Below, piece after piece: positions 32,251 to 41,597 of a DNA stretch of 64,000 bases. Every line of letters starts with the position of its first letter. Positions within the stretch are counted from its first letter, which is position 1. The stretch lies in contig JANPZY010000003.1 of NCBI GenBank assembly GCA_024707325.1, positions 17,361 to 81,360 on the forward strand, given 5' to 3'. The notes beneath the pieces are model-generated. The model saw only the letters and a list, made by a program, of their open reading frames with translations. It ran no database searches and was not told where the DNA came from. The DNA is from Opitutus sp. (GTDB taxonomy: Bacteria > Verrucomicrobiota > Verrucomicrobiia > Opitutales > Opitutaceae). The position numbers and the translations under genes are program-made.

Positions 32251-33303
32251 ATGCAGCCAAGGACCATGCGGGCCATCGCGAAGACCGACGCGAAACCGGG
32301 GCTCGCGCTCGTCGAAGTGCCCGTTCCCGAGCCCGGAATCAACGACGTGCTGATTCGCGTGAAGCGCACCTCGATCTGCGGCACCGACGTGCACATCTAC
32401 AATTGGGATTCGTGGGCCGAGAAAACCATCCGTCCGCCGCTCGTGATCGGTCACGAGTTCGTCGGCGAAATCGCGGCCGTCGGCTCCAACGTCCAGGGCT
32501 TCAAGGTCGGCGATCTCGTCGATGGCGAGGGCCACATCGTCTGCGGTGTGTGCCGCAACTGCCTCGCGGGGCGGCGTCACCTTTGCAAGGACACGAAGGG
32601 CGTCGGGGTGAATCGCGACGGCGCGTTTGCCGAGTATCTGTGCATCCCCGCGGCCAACGCCGTGCATGTCGATCCGTCGATCCCGCTCGATGTGCTCTCG
32701 TGTTTCGATCCGCTCGGCAACGCCACGCACACCGCGCTGCAGTTCGACGTCGTCGGCGAGGACGTGCTCATCACCGGTGCCGGCCCGATCGGTTGCATGG
32801 CGGTCGCGATCGTCAAACAAGCCGGCGCACGCAAGATCGTCGTCACCGACGTGAATCCCGACCGCCTCGCGCTCGCGCAGCGGATGGGCGCGACGCGCAC
32901 GGTGGATGTTTCCCGCGAATCGCTCGCCGACGTTCAGCGCGAAATCGGAATGAAGGAGGGCTTCGACGTCGGTCTCGAGATGTCGGGCCAGCCGGCCGCG
33001 TTGAACGACATGATCGACAACATGGCGCACGGCGGCCGCATCGCGCTCCTCGGCATCATGCCGGAAAAGGCCGCGGTGAACTGGAACAAGATCGTGTTCA
33101 ACATGCTCACGATCCGGGGCGTTTACGGACGCGAGATGTTCGAGACATGGTATAAGATGACGTCCCTCATCCAGAGCGGACTCGATATCACACCGGTGAT
33201 CACGCACCGGTTTCCGTATTCAGATTTTCAACACGCCTTCGACCTCATGCGCTCGGGTCGCAGCGGAAAAATCGTGCTGGATTGGGAGACGTCGTCCGCC
33301 TGA
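32251..33303 (+). CDS. tdh: L-threonine 3-dehydrogenase
   Basis: [25 protein letters not shown]...GHEFVGE. An alternative ATG lies at 32266. Confidence 0.9.
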   Translation: MQPRTMRAIAKTDAKPGLALVEVPVPEPGINDVLIRVKRTSICGTDVHIYNWDSWAEKTIRPPLVIGHEFVGEIAAVGSNVQGFKVGDLVDGEGHIVCGVCRNCLAGRRHLCKDTKGVGVNRDGAFAEYLCIPAANAVHVDPSIPLDVLSCFDPLGNATHTALQFDVVGEDVLITGAGPIGCMAVAIVKQAGARKIVVTDVNPDRLALAQRMGATRTVDVSRESLADVQREIGMKEGFDVGLEMSGQPAALNDMIDNMAHGGRIALLGIMPEKAAVNWNKIVFNMLTIRGVYGREMFETWYKMTSLIQSGLDITPVITHRFPYSDFQHAFDLMRSGRSGKIVLDWETSSA

Positions 33304-33319
33304 GCGCGCCGCGCCGCGT

Positions 33320-34057
33320 TCAGATCCGCTGCACCGCCACCGCGACAAGCAGCGCGATGCCGGACGAAAGCAGCGTGCCGATCAGCACGTATTCGGCAAA
33401 GCCGCGGTTCTCGAGCTCCTTGAACCGCGTGAATCCTTTCGCCGCGAGCGTGAAGCCCACCGCGCCAAACTGACCGTTGAGCACGAAGAAATAAATCAGC
33501 GCGCGCTCGAGCAGACCGATCACGCGTCCCCGCGCATACTCGGCGGCGTCGATGCCGGTCGCGGCCGTCGTGCCGGGCCGCAGTTGCAGCCGGCCAAGCA
33601 CCCAGCGGATGAGCAAATTGGCCTCGTTGGCCGCGATCAGGAGACCGAAGACAAACTTCAACGCGCCGATAGAAAACAATCCCGTAAGCGCGGGACCAAG
33701 CACACTGCCCTCGCGCAAGAGCGACGCGAGTTCCCCCACCCAGGGACGAAACACCGCGCCCATCGCCGGCCCCACCGCGAAGCTCAACGCGAGCAGGTGC
33801 GCGACGCCGAGGAGCAGTTGCAGCGCATTGCGTTCGCGTCCGCGACGCTCGCCGAGCCACGCCGCGAGATTCAGCACCACCGCAAGCGCGGTCACCGCAC
33901 CCCACGCGCGCGCCGAATCGAGCAGCGCGATCGCTGCGACCGCTTCGATCGCGCCCTTTGTAAGCCACTTTGCGCCGCCGATGTTCTGATCCGCAAACAG
34001 CAGCCGCAGCCGCAGGAGCAGCACGAGATCGGCGAGCAGCAGGAATTCAGAGGTCAT
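33320..34057 (-). CDS. Multi-TM membrane protein, DUF3307-like
   Basis: About 6 hydrophobic spans. The 4-nt overlap with satD suggests coupling. Family assignment is from memory of the SatD/DUF3307 gene pairing. Confidence 0.55.
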   Translation of the reverse strand: MTSEFLLLADLVLLLRLRLLFADQNIGGAKWLTKGAIEAVAAIALLDSARAWGAVTALAVVLNLAAWLGERRGRERNALQLLLGVAHLLALSFAVGPAMGAVFRPWVGELASLLREGSVLGPALTGLFSIGALKFVFGLLIAANEANLLIRWVLGRLQLRPGTTAATGIDAAEYARGRVIGLLERALIYFFVLNGQFGAVGFTLAAKGFTRFKELENRGFAEYVLIGTLLSSGIALLVAVAVQRI

Positions 34058-34704
34058 GCGTCCTTGCGCGTCCGATCCAATGCTCGACTGAGCTCATGGC
34101 AAATGCCGATCACGTCGTCCAGCGCCGCCGCGTGGATGTTCTTGTAAACGGCCACGCGCGAGATCGACAGCTCGGTCTCGAGTTCGCGCACCGGACGATC
34201 GCGCAGCAGACCGGCGAGAATTTGCAGACGGTTGCGGCTCCATTTTTGCAAGGAATGCGACCACAGCGCCAACGCGTGGTTCGCCAGCGCCCACTCCGCA
34301 GGATCGTCGCCCACGATCATGAACGTGCCGCCCTGCTCCTTCAGGCGCTCGATGCCGTCGCGCGCGCGATGAAACGCCGGACCATCCATCCCCAACGCCT
34401 GCTCGGGATTGATGCGCGTGGTCAACTCGCCCACTCCGATCGCGAAGCGTGCCTGCACGGGATGAATCTCCGCGAGCACTTCGATCAACTCCGCCCACAG
34501 CGTCTCCGGCCGGCGATACACCGCCTGAAATTCGTCCCCGAGCGTGATCGTGTAAGGCGACGCCAGCGCGGAGCCCGCCGCGGTCGACGCCGTTTGCAGC
34601 GAGGTGGCGAGCTTGCGCTGAAACGCCTCTCGTCGCGCGATGCCGCGGGAGTTCGTCACGTCGCCGATCACTGCGATTACGTTCACAGGTGGACAGTCAA
34701 CCAT
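34054..34704 (-). CDS. SatD family protein (nucleotidyl-cyclase-like domain plus C-terminal HTH)
   Basis: [14 protein letters not shown]...[11 protein letters not shown]...ARFAIGVGE...[14 protein letters not shown], then [12 protein letters not shown] (HTH). Confidence 0.65.
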   Translation of the reverse strand: MVDCPPVNVIAVIGDVTNSRGIARREAFQRKLATSLQTASTAAGSALASPYTITLGDEFQAVYRRPETLWAELIEVLAEIHPVQARFAIGVGELTTRINPEQALGMDGPAFHRARDGIERLKEQGGTFMIVGDDPAEWALANHALALWSHSLQKWSRNRLQILAGLLRDRPVRELETELSISRVAVYKNIHAAALDDVIGICHELSRALDRTRKDA

Positions 34705-34707
34705 TTC

Positions 34708-34760
34708 GGTTTATTTTTCAAGTAATAAACCTATCCGGTTAAAAGCCGTGTTATTTAACC
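34708..34760. promoter_or_regulatory. Two 24-bp inverted repeats (candidate operators) in the satD/kbl divergent region
   Basis: IR1 is GGTTTATT-N8-AATAAACC (34708-34731). IR2 is GGTTAAA-N10-TTTAACC (34737-34760). Both are AT-rich, and IR1 starts 4 nt upstream of the satD ATG. Confidence 0.4.
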
Positions 34761-34837
34761 TTTTTGGCTCCGCTTCTAGCGCTTCACCGGGGATCGAATT
34801 CAATGGGCGGCAAACCGCGCTCCGCCATTTTTCTCCC

Positions 34838-36028
34838 ATGACCCCCGCGTATCTCGAGCACCTCCGTCGCACCCTTTCCGAGATCGAAGCCGCTGGCCTC
34901 TACAAACGCGAACGCCTGATCACCTCGCCCCAAAGCGCCCGCATCTCTGTGCGTGGCGACCGGCCGGTGCTCAATCTTTGCGCCAACAACTATCTCGGCC
35001 TCTCCAATCACCCCGAAGTGCTCGCCGCCGCCCACGCGGCGCTCGATCGCTGGGGCTACGGCATGTCGTCCGTGCGCTTCATCTGCGGCACGCAGGAAAT
35101 TCACCAGGAGCTCGAGGTGCGTCTCAGCGAGTTTCTCGGCACCGACGACACGATTCTCTATTCCTCGTGCTTCGACGCCAACGGCGGCGTCTTCGAGACG
35201 CTCCTCGGCCCCGAGGACGCCGTGATCAGCGACGAACTCAACCACGCGTCGATCATCGACGGCATCCGCCTCTGCAAGGCCCGCCGCTATCGTTACCGCA
35301 ACCTCGACCTGCACGACCTCCAGGCGCGTCTCCAGGAAGCGGATACAGCCAAGGCCCGCTTCAAGCTCATCGTCACCGACGGCGTGTTCTCGATGGACGG
35401 CTGCATCGCTCCTCTCCGCGGGATCTGCGACCTCGCCGAAAAATACGGCGCGCTTGTCATGATCGACGACAGTCACGCCGTCGGTTTTCTCGGCGCCACT
35501 GGCCGCGGCACGCACGAGCACTGCGACGTGATGGATCGCGTGGACATCATCACCGGCACGCTCGGCAAGGCGCTCGGCGGCGCCAGCGGCGGTTTCGTTT
35601 CCGGTCGCAAGGAAATCGTCGACCTCCTGCGCCAACGTTCGCGGCCCTATCTCTTTTCCAACACGCTCGCGCCCGCGATCGCCGCCGCTTCGATCGCCGC
35701 ACTCGATCTCATCACCCACTCGACCGAGCTGCGCGACACGCTCGAGCGCAACACCCAGTTCTTCCGCGCCGGACTCGCCGCCGCGGGACTGAAGATTCGC
35801 AGCGGTTGCCATCCCATCGTGCCCGTGATGCTCGGCGACGCCGCCCTCGCCCAACGCTTCGCCGACCGCATGCTCGCCAAAGGCGTTTACGTGATCGGCT
35901 TCGCCTATCCCGTCGTGCCGCAAGGCCAGGCGCGCATCCGCACGCAAGTCAGCGCCGCCCACACGCGCGACGATCTCACCTTCGCCATCCGCGCCTTCGC
36001 CGAAACGAAAAAGGAGTTCGGCTTGTGA
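34838..36028 (+). CDS. kbl: Glycine C-acetyltransferase (2-amino-3-ketobutyrate CoA ligase)
   Basis: [17 protein letters not shown]...FSMDG, a PLP-dependent enzyme paired with tdh. Confidence 0.9.
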   Translation: MTPAYLEHLRRTLSEIEAAGLYKRERLITSPQSARISVRGDRPVLNLCANNYLGLSNHPEVLAAAHAALDRWGYGMSSVRFICGTQEIHQELEVRLSEFLGTDDTILYSSCFDANGGVFETLLGPEDAVISDELNHASIIDGIRLCKARRYRYRNLDLHDLQARLQEADTAKARFKLIVTDGVFSMDGCIAPLRGICDLAEKYGALVMIDDSHAVGFLGATGRGTHEHCDVMDRVDIITGTLGKALGGASGGFVSGRKEIVDLLRQRSRPYLFSNTLAPAIAAASIAALDLITHSTELRDTLERNTQFFRAGLAAAGLKIRSGCHPIVPVMLGDAALAQRFADRMLAKGVYVIGFAYPVVPQGQARIRTQVSAAHTRDDLTFAIRAFAETKKEFGL

Positions 36029-36087
36029 CGCCGCGCGTGCCAGCGTCGCTGAACCCGCTATGCCCGCTGCTCTTCCGTTGAAACGTC

Positions 36088-36465
36088 TTGCTGCCGCTGC
36101 GCGCCGTTGCCGCGCGGCACTCGTATTCGCCCTACTCCAAGTTTCCCGTCGGCGCCGCCGTGCTCGCGGCCTCGGGGAAAATCTACACCGGCGCCAACAT
36201 CGAGAACGCGTCGTTCGGCCTCTGCAATTGCGCCGAGCGCACTGCCGTCTTCACCGCCGCCGCCGCCGGCGAACGCAAGCTTCGCGCGGTCGCGATCTAT
36301 ACGCCGACTCCCACCGCCACCGCTCCGTGCGGCGCGTGCCGCCAGGTGCTCAACGAGTTTGGTCCCGATATGACCGTGCTCAGCACCTGCGATTCCGACG
36401 ACCGCCTCGAAACAACGCTCCCCAAGCTGCTCCCATTCGGCTTCGGCCCGCAGGATCTCGCCTAA
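36088..36465 (+). CDS. cdd: Cytidine deaminase
   Basis: CAERTAV...PCGACRQVL zinc-binding motifs. Confidence 0.9.
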   Translation: MLPLRAVAARHSYSPYSKFPVGAAVLAASGKIYTGANIENASFGLCNCAERTAVFTAAAAGERKLRAVAIYTPTPTATAPCGACRQVLNEFGPDMTVLSTCDSDDRLETTLPKLLPFGFGPQDLA

Positions 36466-36480
36466 GCCAGTCGTGCTCTC

Positions 36481-36516
36481 GCTCGTGCTCGACGCGAGAG
36501 AGTTTCGAGCACGAGC
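36481..36516 (+). other. Perfect 12-bp stem-loop after cdd (no U tract)
   Basis: GCTCGTGCTCGA (36481-36492) pairs with TCGAGCACGAGC (36505-36516) around a 12-nt loop. Confidence 0.6.
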
Positions 36517-36527
36517 ACGGGGGCTTC

Positions 36528-36747
36528 AGTGCGCACACGTCGCGGCGCAGCCCGCACCTTATGCCGACCATGCGCGGACTTCCGTTCAACGATGTCCGCA
36601 CCTCGTCGAGACCGTGTCCGGACATCGCCGCGACCATGTTCGGATCTCATCGAGACCGTGTTCGCACCTTGGCGCGACCCGGTGCGGACTTCGGCCCGAC
36701 GTGGGACGCACTGAGTTCCGACTCGGTGCGCTCACGGGAGCGACTCG
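36528..36747. repeat. 22-bp tandem repeat array, locus B (10 units)
   Basis: Strict 22-nt phasing from 36528, for example GTTCGCACCTTGGCGCGACCCG at 36660-36681. The last unit overlaps the stop and last codons of the hydrolase gene. Confidence 0.85.
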
Positions 36748-37523
36748 GCGAAGGCGTGTAGTTCGCGCCAGTAGGTTTCGCCGGCTTGTTCGATGACGTC
36801 GTTGTGTCGGGCAGACTCCACCCAGAGCGCGCGACGGTCGCCGCGCACGGCCGCGTGGAGTTTCTCTCCATGCCAGAACGGGATAATCTCATCGCGCCGG
36901 CCGTGAATCACGAACACCGGAGACGCGATCTCGGGCATCTTTGCGAGATTGCGAAAGCGGTCGCCGGGAAAAATCGGCCAACGCGTCATCACGCGATACG
37001 CGCTCACGAAACCACTCTCGATCACCAGTCCGGCGAAGCGTGCGCGGCGCGCCATCTCGACGGCGGGTCCGCCGCCGATGGAGCGGCCGTAAAGCAGTAT
37101 CCTGTTTACGGATACTCCTTGTTCGGCGAGATGGCGTTGTCCGGCTTCCGCCGCGGCGATCACAGAGCGTTCGCTGGGTCGTCCCTCGCTCGTGCCGTAG
37201 CCGGGATAATCGATTGCGAACACGGCGAAACCGCGCCGCTGATACTCCGCGAGCCGCGGAGCGATGTCGCCCAGGTCTTCGCCATTGCCGTGAAAATACC
37301 AGAGCGTGAAGCGCGCTTCCGGATTTGGCAGATGCAGCGCGGACACCGTGGAGCCATCCGCAAGGCGTAGACGAAACGCACCCGGCGGCGCGGTGCCCGA
37401 GGCGAAACGTGCGGGAAACATGATCCCGTCGGCGGCGAGCCACGCGAGCCCGCACGCCACGAGATACAGCAACACGAGCCAGCCGATCATGCGGAGCCAG
37501 TAGCGTTTCGCGCTCGGTCGCAT
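36732..37523 (-). CDS. Alpha/beta hydrolase with N-terminal TM anchor
   Basis: GRSIGG nucleophile elbow and a hydrophobic N-terminus. Confidence 0.75.
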   Translation of the reverse strand: MRPSAKRYWLRMIGWLVLLYLVACGLAWLAADGIMFPARFASGTAPPGAFRLRLADGSTVSALHLPNPEARFTLWYFHGNGEDLGDIAPRLAEYQRRGFAVFAIDYPGYGTSEGRPSERSVIAAAEAGQRHLAEQGVSVNRILLYGRSIGGGPAVEMARRARFAGLVIESGFVSAYRVMTRWPIFPGDRFRNLAKMPEIASPVFVIHGRRDEIIPFWHGEKLHAAVRGDRRALWVESARHNDVIEQAGETYWRELHAFAESLP

Positions 37524-37538
37524 GAGGGCATGCGCACA

Positions 37539-38855
37539 CTACTCGCCGCCGCTGAAGAAATCGCGCACGAGCATCTGGACCTGGTCGCGCGGGATTTCCT
37601 GTTCGGAGCGATCGCGAAGGTCGCGGACTTTCACGACGCCTTTGGCGAGTTCGTCGCCGCCGTAGATCAGCGCGATACGCGCGCCGGAATCGGCCGCGGC
37701 TTTGAACTGTTTGCCGAAGGCAACGTCCTTGATCGGATAATCGACGCGGAAGCCCGCGGCACGGAGCGCGTGGATGTCGGCGAAGGCGGCCTTGCGTTCG
37801 GCTTCGCCGCCGATGACGCAATACACGTCGCAGCCCTGCACGAATGTCGGCATGAGACCGCGCGAATCGAGGAGCAGCCCGAGCGTGACATCGCCGATCG
37901 CGAAACCGACGGCGGGCAGATCGGGACCGCCGAGTTTTTTCACGAGATCGTTGTAGCGGCCGCCGCCGGCGATCGCGCGGAGTTCGCCTCGCCGGTCAAA
38001 GGCTTCGAAAACAAAACCGGTGTAGTAAGCGAGACCGCGAACGACGCCGAGATCGACCTCGACGTAGCGGCTGAGGCCCATCGCCTCGAGTCCGCCGAGA
38101 AGCTTGCGCCAGTCGGCGAGACGCGCGTTGAGCTTTTCGCCGGCGACGGGCGCGAGCGTTTCCTCGAGCGCGGCGAGCGTCTTGATCTGGAGGAACGCGA
38201 GGATCTTCTCCTTCAGCGCGGGATCGAGCGGACCGAATTGCTCGGCGTAGGCCTTGAAGGCGTCGTCGCCGGCCTTCTCGAACTTGTCCACGGCCGAGAG
38301 GACGCCGCGAATGCGGGCCTCGTCGAGTCCGAGCGCTTCTAGGTAGTAAAACCAGAGATTGCGGTCGCTCAGGCGGACGTAGAAATCGTGCTCCGTGAGC
38401 CCAAACGCGCACAGACACTGCGTCAGCAGCGCGATGAGTTCGATCTCAGCTTCCGGGCCGGACTCACCGAAGAGGTCGGCGTTGAACTGGAAGAATGCGC
38501 GCTCGCGTCCCTTCTGAGCGCGTTCGTAGCGGTAAAATTCGGCAACGCTGAACCACTTGATCGGGCGCTTGAGGGCGTTGGCCTTGGCGCCGACGAGACG
38601 GCACACGGTCGGCGTCATCTCGGGACGAAGCGCGACCTCGCGTCCGCCTTTGTCCGTGAAGCTGAAAAGCTGCGCCTCGATCTCGTCACCCGACTTGGTT
38701 TTATAAAGCTCGAGCGGCTCGAGCACGGGCGCGTCGTATTCCGCGAAGCCGAACGCGGTGGCGGTCTGACGCCAGAGGCGGAAGATGTGATTTCGGCGTG
38801 CGAGCGATTCGGGATAGAATTCGCGGAAGCCGGGCAATGACTGAAACGTGGCCAT
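37539..38855 (-). CDS. hisS: Histidine--tRNA ligase
   Basis: LPGFREFYPE..., class II motifs and an anticodon-binding domain. Confidence 0.9.
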   Translation of the reverse strand: MATFQSLPGFREFYPESLARRNHIFRLWRQTATAFGFAEYDAPVLEPLELYKTKSGDEIEAQLFSFTDKGGREVALRPEMTPTVCRLVGAKANALKRPIKWFSVAEFYRYERAQKGRERAFFQFNADLFGESGPEAEIELIALLTQCLCAFGLTEHDFYVRLSDRNLWFYYLEALGLDEARIRGVLSAVDKFEKAGDDAFKAYAEQFGPLDPALKEKILAFLQIKTLAALEETLAPVAGEKLNARLADWRKLLGGLEAMGLSRYVEVDLGVVRGLAYYTGFVFEAFDRRGELRAIAGGGRYNDLVKKLGGPDLPAVGFAIGDVTLGLLLDSRGLMPTFVQGCDVYCVIGGEAERKAAFADIHALRAAGFRVDYPIKDVAFGKQFKAAADSGARIALIYGGDELAKGVVKVRDLRDRSEQEIPRDQVQMLVRDFFSGGE

Positions 38856-38908
38856 CGTGCCGAAGATGGCGAAGCGCCGCGGCGCAGCGCGATTAAAATT
38901 TCGCGCGG

Positions 38909-38946
38909 AAAAAACGAGCCCGGCGGGCGAAACGTCGCTGCCGGGC
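38909..38946 (-). terminator. Possible terminator after the HU/IHF gene
   Basis: GCCCGGC pairs with GCCGGGC around a 15-nt loop. On the minus strand it is followed by TCGTTTTTT. Confidence 0.45.
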
Positions 38947-38957
38947 GCGGAGTCAGC

Positions 38958-39266
38958 TTACAACTTGGCGAGATCGAGCTTCTTGAGCTGCTGTTTCAAG
39001 ATCTTGCCCGACTTGAACTTCACCACCGCACGCTGCGGAATGACAACCTCGGCCTCCGGTTTGTTCGGATTGCGACCGATGCGCGCCTTCCGGACCTGGA
39101 CCTCGAGAACTCCGAAATTGCGGAGCTCCACATTCCGGCCCTCGGCGAGCGCTTTTTGGATGATATCCAAAGTGAGTTGGACAGAGTCGACGACCTGCTT
39201 CTGCGGAAAGCCAGTCTTCTTGTAAATTTCCAAGACAATCTCGCGTTTCGTCAGATTGGAGGACAT
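38958..39266 (-). CDS. HU/IHF family DNA-binding protein
   Basis: NFGVLEVQVRKARIGRNPNKPEAEVVIPQRAVVKFKSG, the beta-arm motif. Confidence 0.85.
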   Translation of the reverse strand: MSSNLTKREIVLEIYKKTGFPQKQVVDSVQLTLDIIQKALAEGRNVELRNFGVLEVQVRKARIGRNPNKPEAEVVIPQRAVVKFKSGKILKQQLKKLDLAKL

Positions 39267-39359
39267 AGGATTTCTTTCTTTTGTAGTTATAAAATCGCCA
39301 GAACGCCTAAACTATTTGCATGGTAGAAATTGCGTCAACCCACTTGAACAGATTTTCCA

Positions 39360-40109
39360 TTGAGATGTGCACCCTTGTGCGTGCCGGAAAATCCCCTATT
39401 TGTTCCCGTGCCTGATCCAGTAGCGGTCAACTCGATGTTCGGGCGGATCGCCCGACGCTACGATCTTGCAAATAGATTGTTGAGCGGAGGCATGGACGTC
39501 TGGTGGCGCCGGCGGCTCGTGCAGGCGGTGAATCGTCAGGAACCGCACGCCGTGGTAGATCTGGCCACCGGCAGCGGCGACGTCGCGTTTGCGTTGGCCA
39601 AGAAGTTGCAGCCCAACGTGCAGATCACCGGCATGGATTTTTGCCAGCCGATGCTCGATCAGGCAGTCGCCAAACAAACGGCGATGGAGACGTCCGCGGT
39701 GAAGCGGATCGTCTTTCGGGTGGGTGACGGCATGGCACTCCCCCTCGCCGACCAAAGCGTGGATGCGCTCACGATCTCGTTCGGCCTGCGCAACATGGCT
39801 GACCGGCATCGTTCGCTTTCGGAGATGCGGCGTGTGCTGCGTCCGGGTGGACGAGCTTACATCCTCGAATTCTCGCAGCCGCAGCGGTGGTTTCGGCCGT
39901 TGTATTTCTTTTACCTCCGCCACGTGCTGCCGCGTCTCGCCGGCTGGGTTACGGGCGATCGCAACGCCTACGTCTATCTCAACGAAACGATCGAGTCGTT
40001 TCCCGGGCGAGAGGCGCTTGCGGCCGAAATTCGTGCGGCAGGTTTTCGCGCCGTGTCAGCCAAAGGGATGACCTTTGGCATCGTGGCGCTGCACGAGGCG
40101 ATGCGCTGA
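39360..40109 (+). CDS. ubiE: Demethylmenaquinone/ubiquinone C-methyltransferase
   Basis: VVDLATGSGDVAF SAM-binding site and ISFGLRNMADR...RVLRPGGRAYILEFSQP. The start is uncertain: TTG 39360 or ATG 39435. Confidence 0.8.
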   Translation: MRCAPLCVPENPLFVPVPDPVAVNSMFGRIARRYDLANRLLSGGMDVWWRRRLVQAVNRQEPHAVVDLATGSGDVAFALAKKLQPNVQITGMDFCQPMLDQAVAKQTAMETSAVKRIVFRVGDGMALPLADQSVDALTISFGLRNMADRHRSLSEMRRVLRPGGRAYILEFSQPQRWFRPLYFFYLRHVLPRLAGWVTGDRNAYVYLNETIESFPGREALAAEIRAAGFRAVSAKGMTFGIVALHEAMR

Positions 40110-40134
40110 GTCGGCGTGCGCCAGCGGGTGCGGC

Positions 40135-40452
40135 TTAGTTGAAGGACTTGCCGCAGCCGCAGGTGCTCTGGGCGTTGGGATTGCGAATCTCGAACCCCTT
40201 CCCGTGAAGGCCGTCGTCGAAATCGATGCTGCTGCCGTCCATGTAGGCCAGGCTTGCCGGATCGACCACGAAAGTGACGCCCTCGCTCTCGAGTGTGGTG
40301 TCGTCCGGCTTCGGCTCGTCGAACGACATGCCATACTGAAGACCCGAGCAACCACCCGACTCGACCAGCACACGTAGGCGTTTTTCCGGTGCGTTTAGCT
40401 CGGATTGGAGGGCTTTGACCCGCTGGGCGGCACGAGGCGTCAAGGTGATCAT
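40135..40452 (-). CDS. erpA: Iron-sulfur cluster insertion protein (HesB/IscA/ErpA family)
   Basis: LRVLVESGGCSGLQYGM and C-terminal CGCGKSF. Confidence 0.85.
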   Translation of the reverse strand: MITLTPRAAQRVKALQSELNAPEKRLRVLVESGGCSGLQYGMSFDEPKPDDTTLESEGVTFVVDPASLAYMDGSSIDFDDGLHGKGFEIRNPNAQSTCGCGKSFN

Positions 40453-40542
40453 CAGGGCGAACGTGAGAATCGCGCGGCGCTCTGTCAAATACACGGCCCG
40501 TCCGGACACAGCAATTTTCGGGCCTAGTTCGGAATTGAGGCC

Positions 40543-41565
40543 TTGCCACTCCAGATCGGCGCCTGTTTTCTGCCCCTCGTGCCCGCACTCCAACACATTT
40601 TCGGCGAATTGCACTACGAGCTGGTGCGCAAGCTGGCCGATGGAGGCATGGGCGTCGTTTACGAAGCTCACCAGCTGGGCGTGGGCAACTTCAGGAAGCA
40701 GGTCGCGATCAAGCTGATCCGCGAAGAGTATTCCTCGATCGACGAGTTTCAGAAGAACTTCATCGGCGAGGCCCGTCTCGTGGCGGACTTGATCCACACG
40801 AACATCGTCCAGACCTACCATTTGGGCAAAACGGGCGACCAATACTACATGGTCATGGAGCTCGTGCGCGGAGTGAACCTCGAGCAGTTCCTCGACCAAC
40901 ACCGCCGACTCCATCGCCGCATCCCGGTGGATATCGCGGTCTTCATCGTTTCCCGCATCGCGCGCGGCCTCGCCTACGCGCATACCAAGACGGACCGCGA
41001 AGGCCGGCACCTCAACATCGTCCACCGCGACATCGGGCCCAAGAACATCATGATCGCCAACGAAGGCGACGTGAAGCTCACCGACTTCGGCATCGCGAAG
41101 GCTCTCGACCTCATGTATAACGAGGAAGGCAAGGTCATCGCGGGCAAGGACGAGTATCTCTCTCCCGAACAGGCCAGCTACGCCGTGACCGATGCGCGCG
41201 CCGATCTTTTCCCGCTCGGCATCGTCCTCACGGAGCTGCTGCTCGGCCGAAACATTTTCCGCGCGACAGATCGCGCCGAGTCCCGGCGCAACATCCTGAC
41301 GTTGCCGATCCCGACGTTCTCGCAGCTCCGGGACGACATCGATTCCAAGCTCGAAGCCATCATCCGCAAGGCGCTCCAGCGCGACCGCGACCGCCGCTAC
41401 CAAACCGCCGCGGAGATGCTCACCGATCTCGAACTTTATCTCTACAGCGACCGCTACGGGCCGACCAACGAGAAGCTCGCCGTCTATCTGCGCGAGCTTT
41501 TCGCCGCGCCTCTACCGACGGTCCCGGCGCCCCCTGGCCGTCCCACCCTCGTCTCCCGCCCCTGA
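40543..41565 (+). CDS. Serine/threonine protein kinase (kinase domain only)
   Basis: [33 protein letters not shown]. Alternative TTG start. Confidence 0.8.
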   Translation: MPLQIGACFLPLVPALQHIFGELHYELVRKLADGGMGVVYEAHQLGVGNFRKQVAIKLIREEYSSIDEFQKNFIGEARLVADLIHTNIVQTYHLGKTGDQYYMVMELVRGVNLEQFLDQHRRLHRRIPVDIAVFIVSRIARGLAYAHTKTDREGRHLNIVHRDIGPKNIMIANEGDVKLTDFGIAKALDLMYNEEGKVIAGKDEYLSPEQASYAVTDARADLFPLGIVLTELLLGRNIFRATDRAESRRNILTLPIPTFSQLRDDIDSKLEAIIRKALQRDRDRRYQTAAEMLTDLELYLYSDRYGPTNEKLAVYLRELFAAPLPTVPAPPGRPTLVSRP

Positions 41566-41597
41566 GATGAATATCTCCATGTCCAACCTAGCAACTC

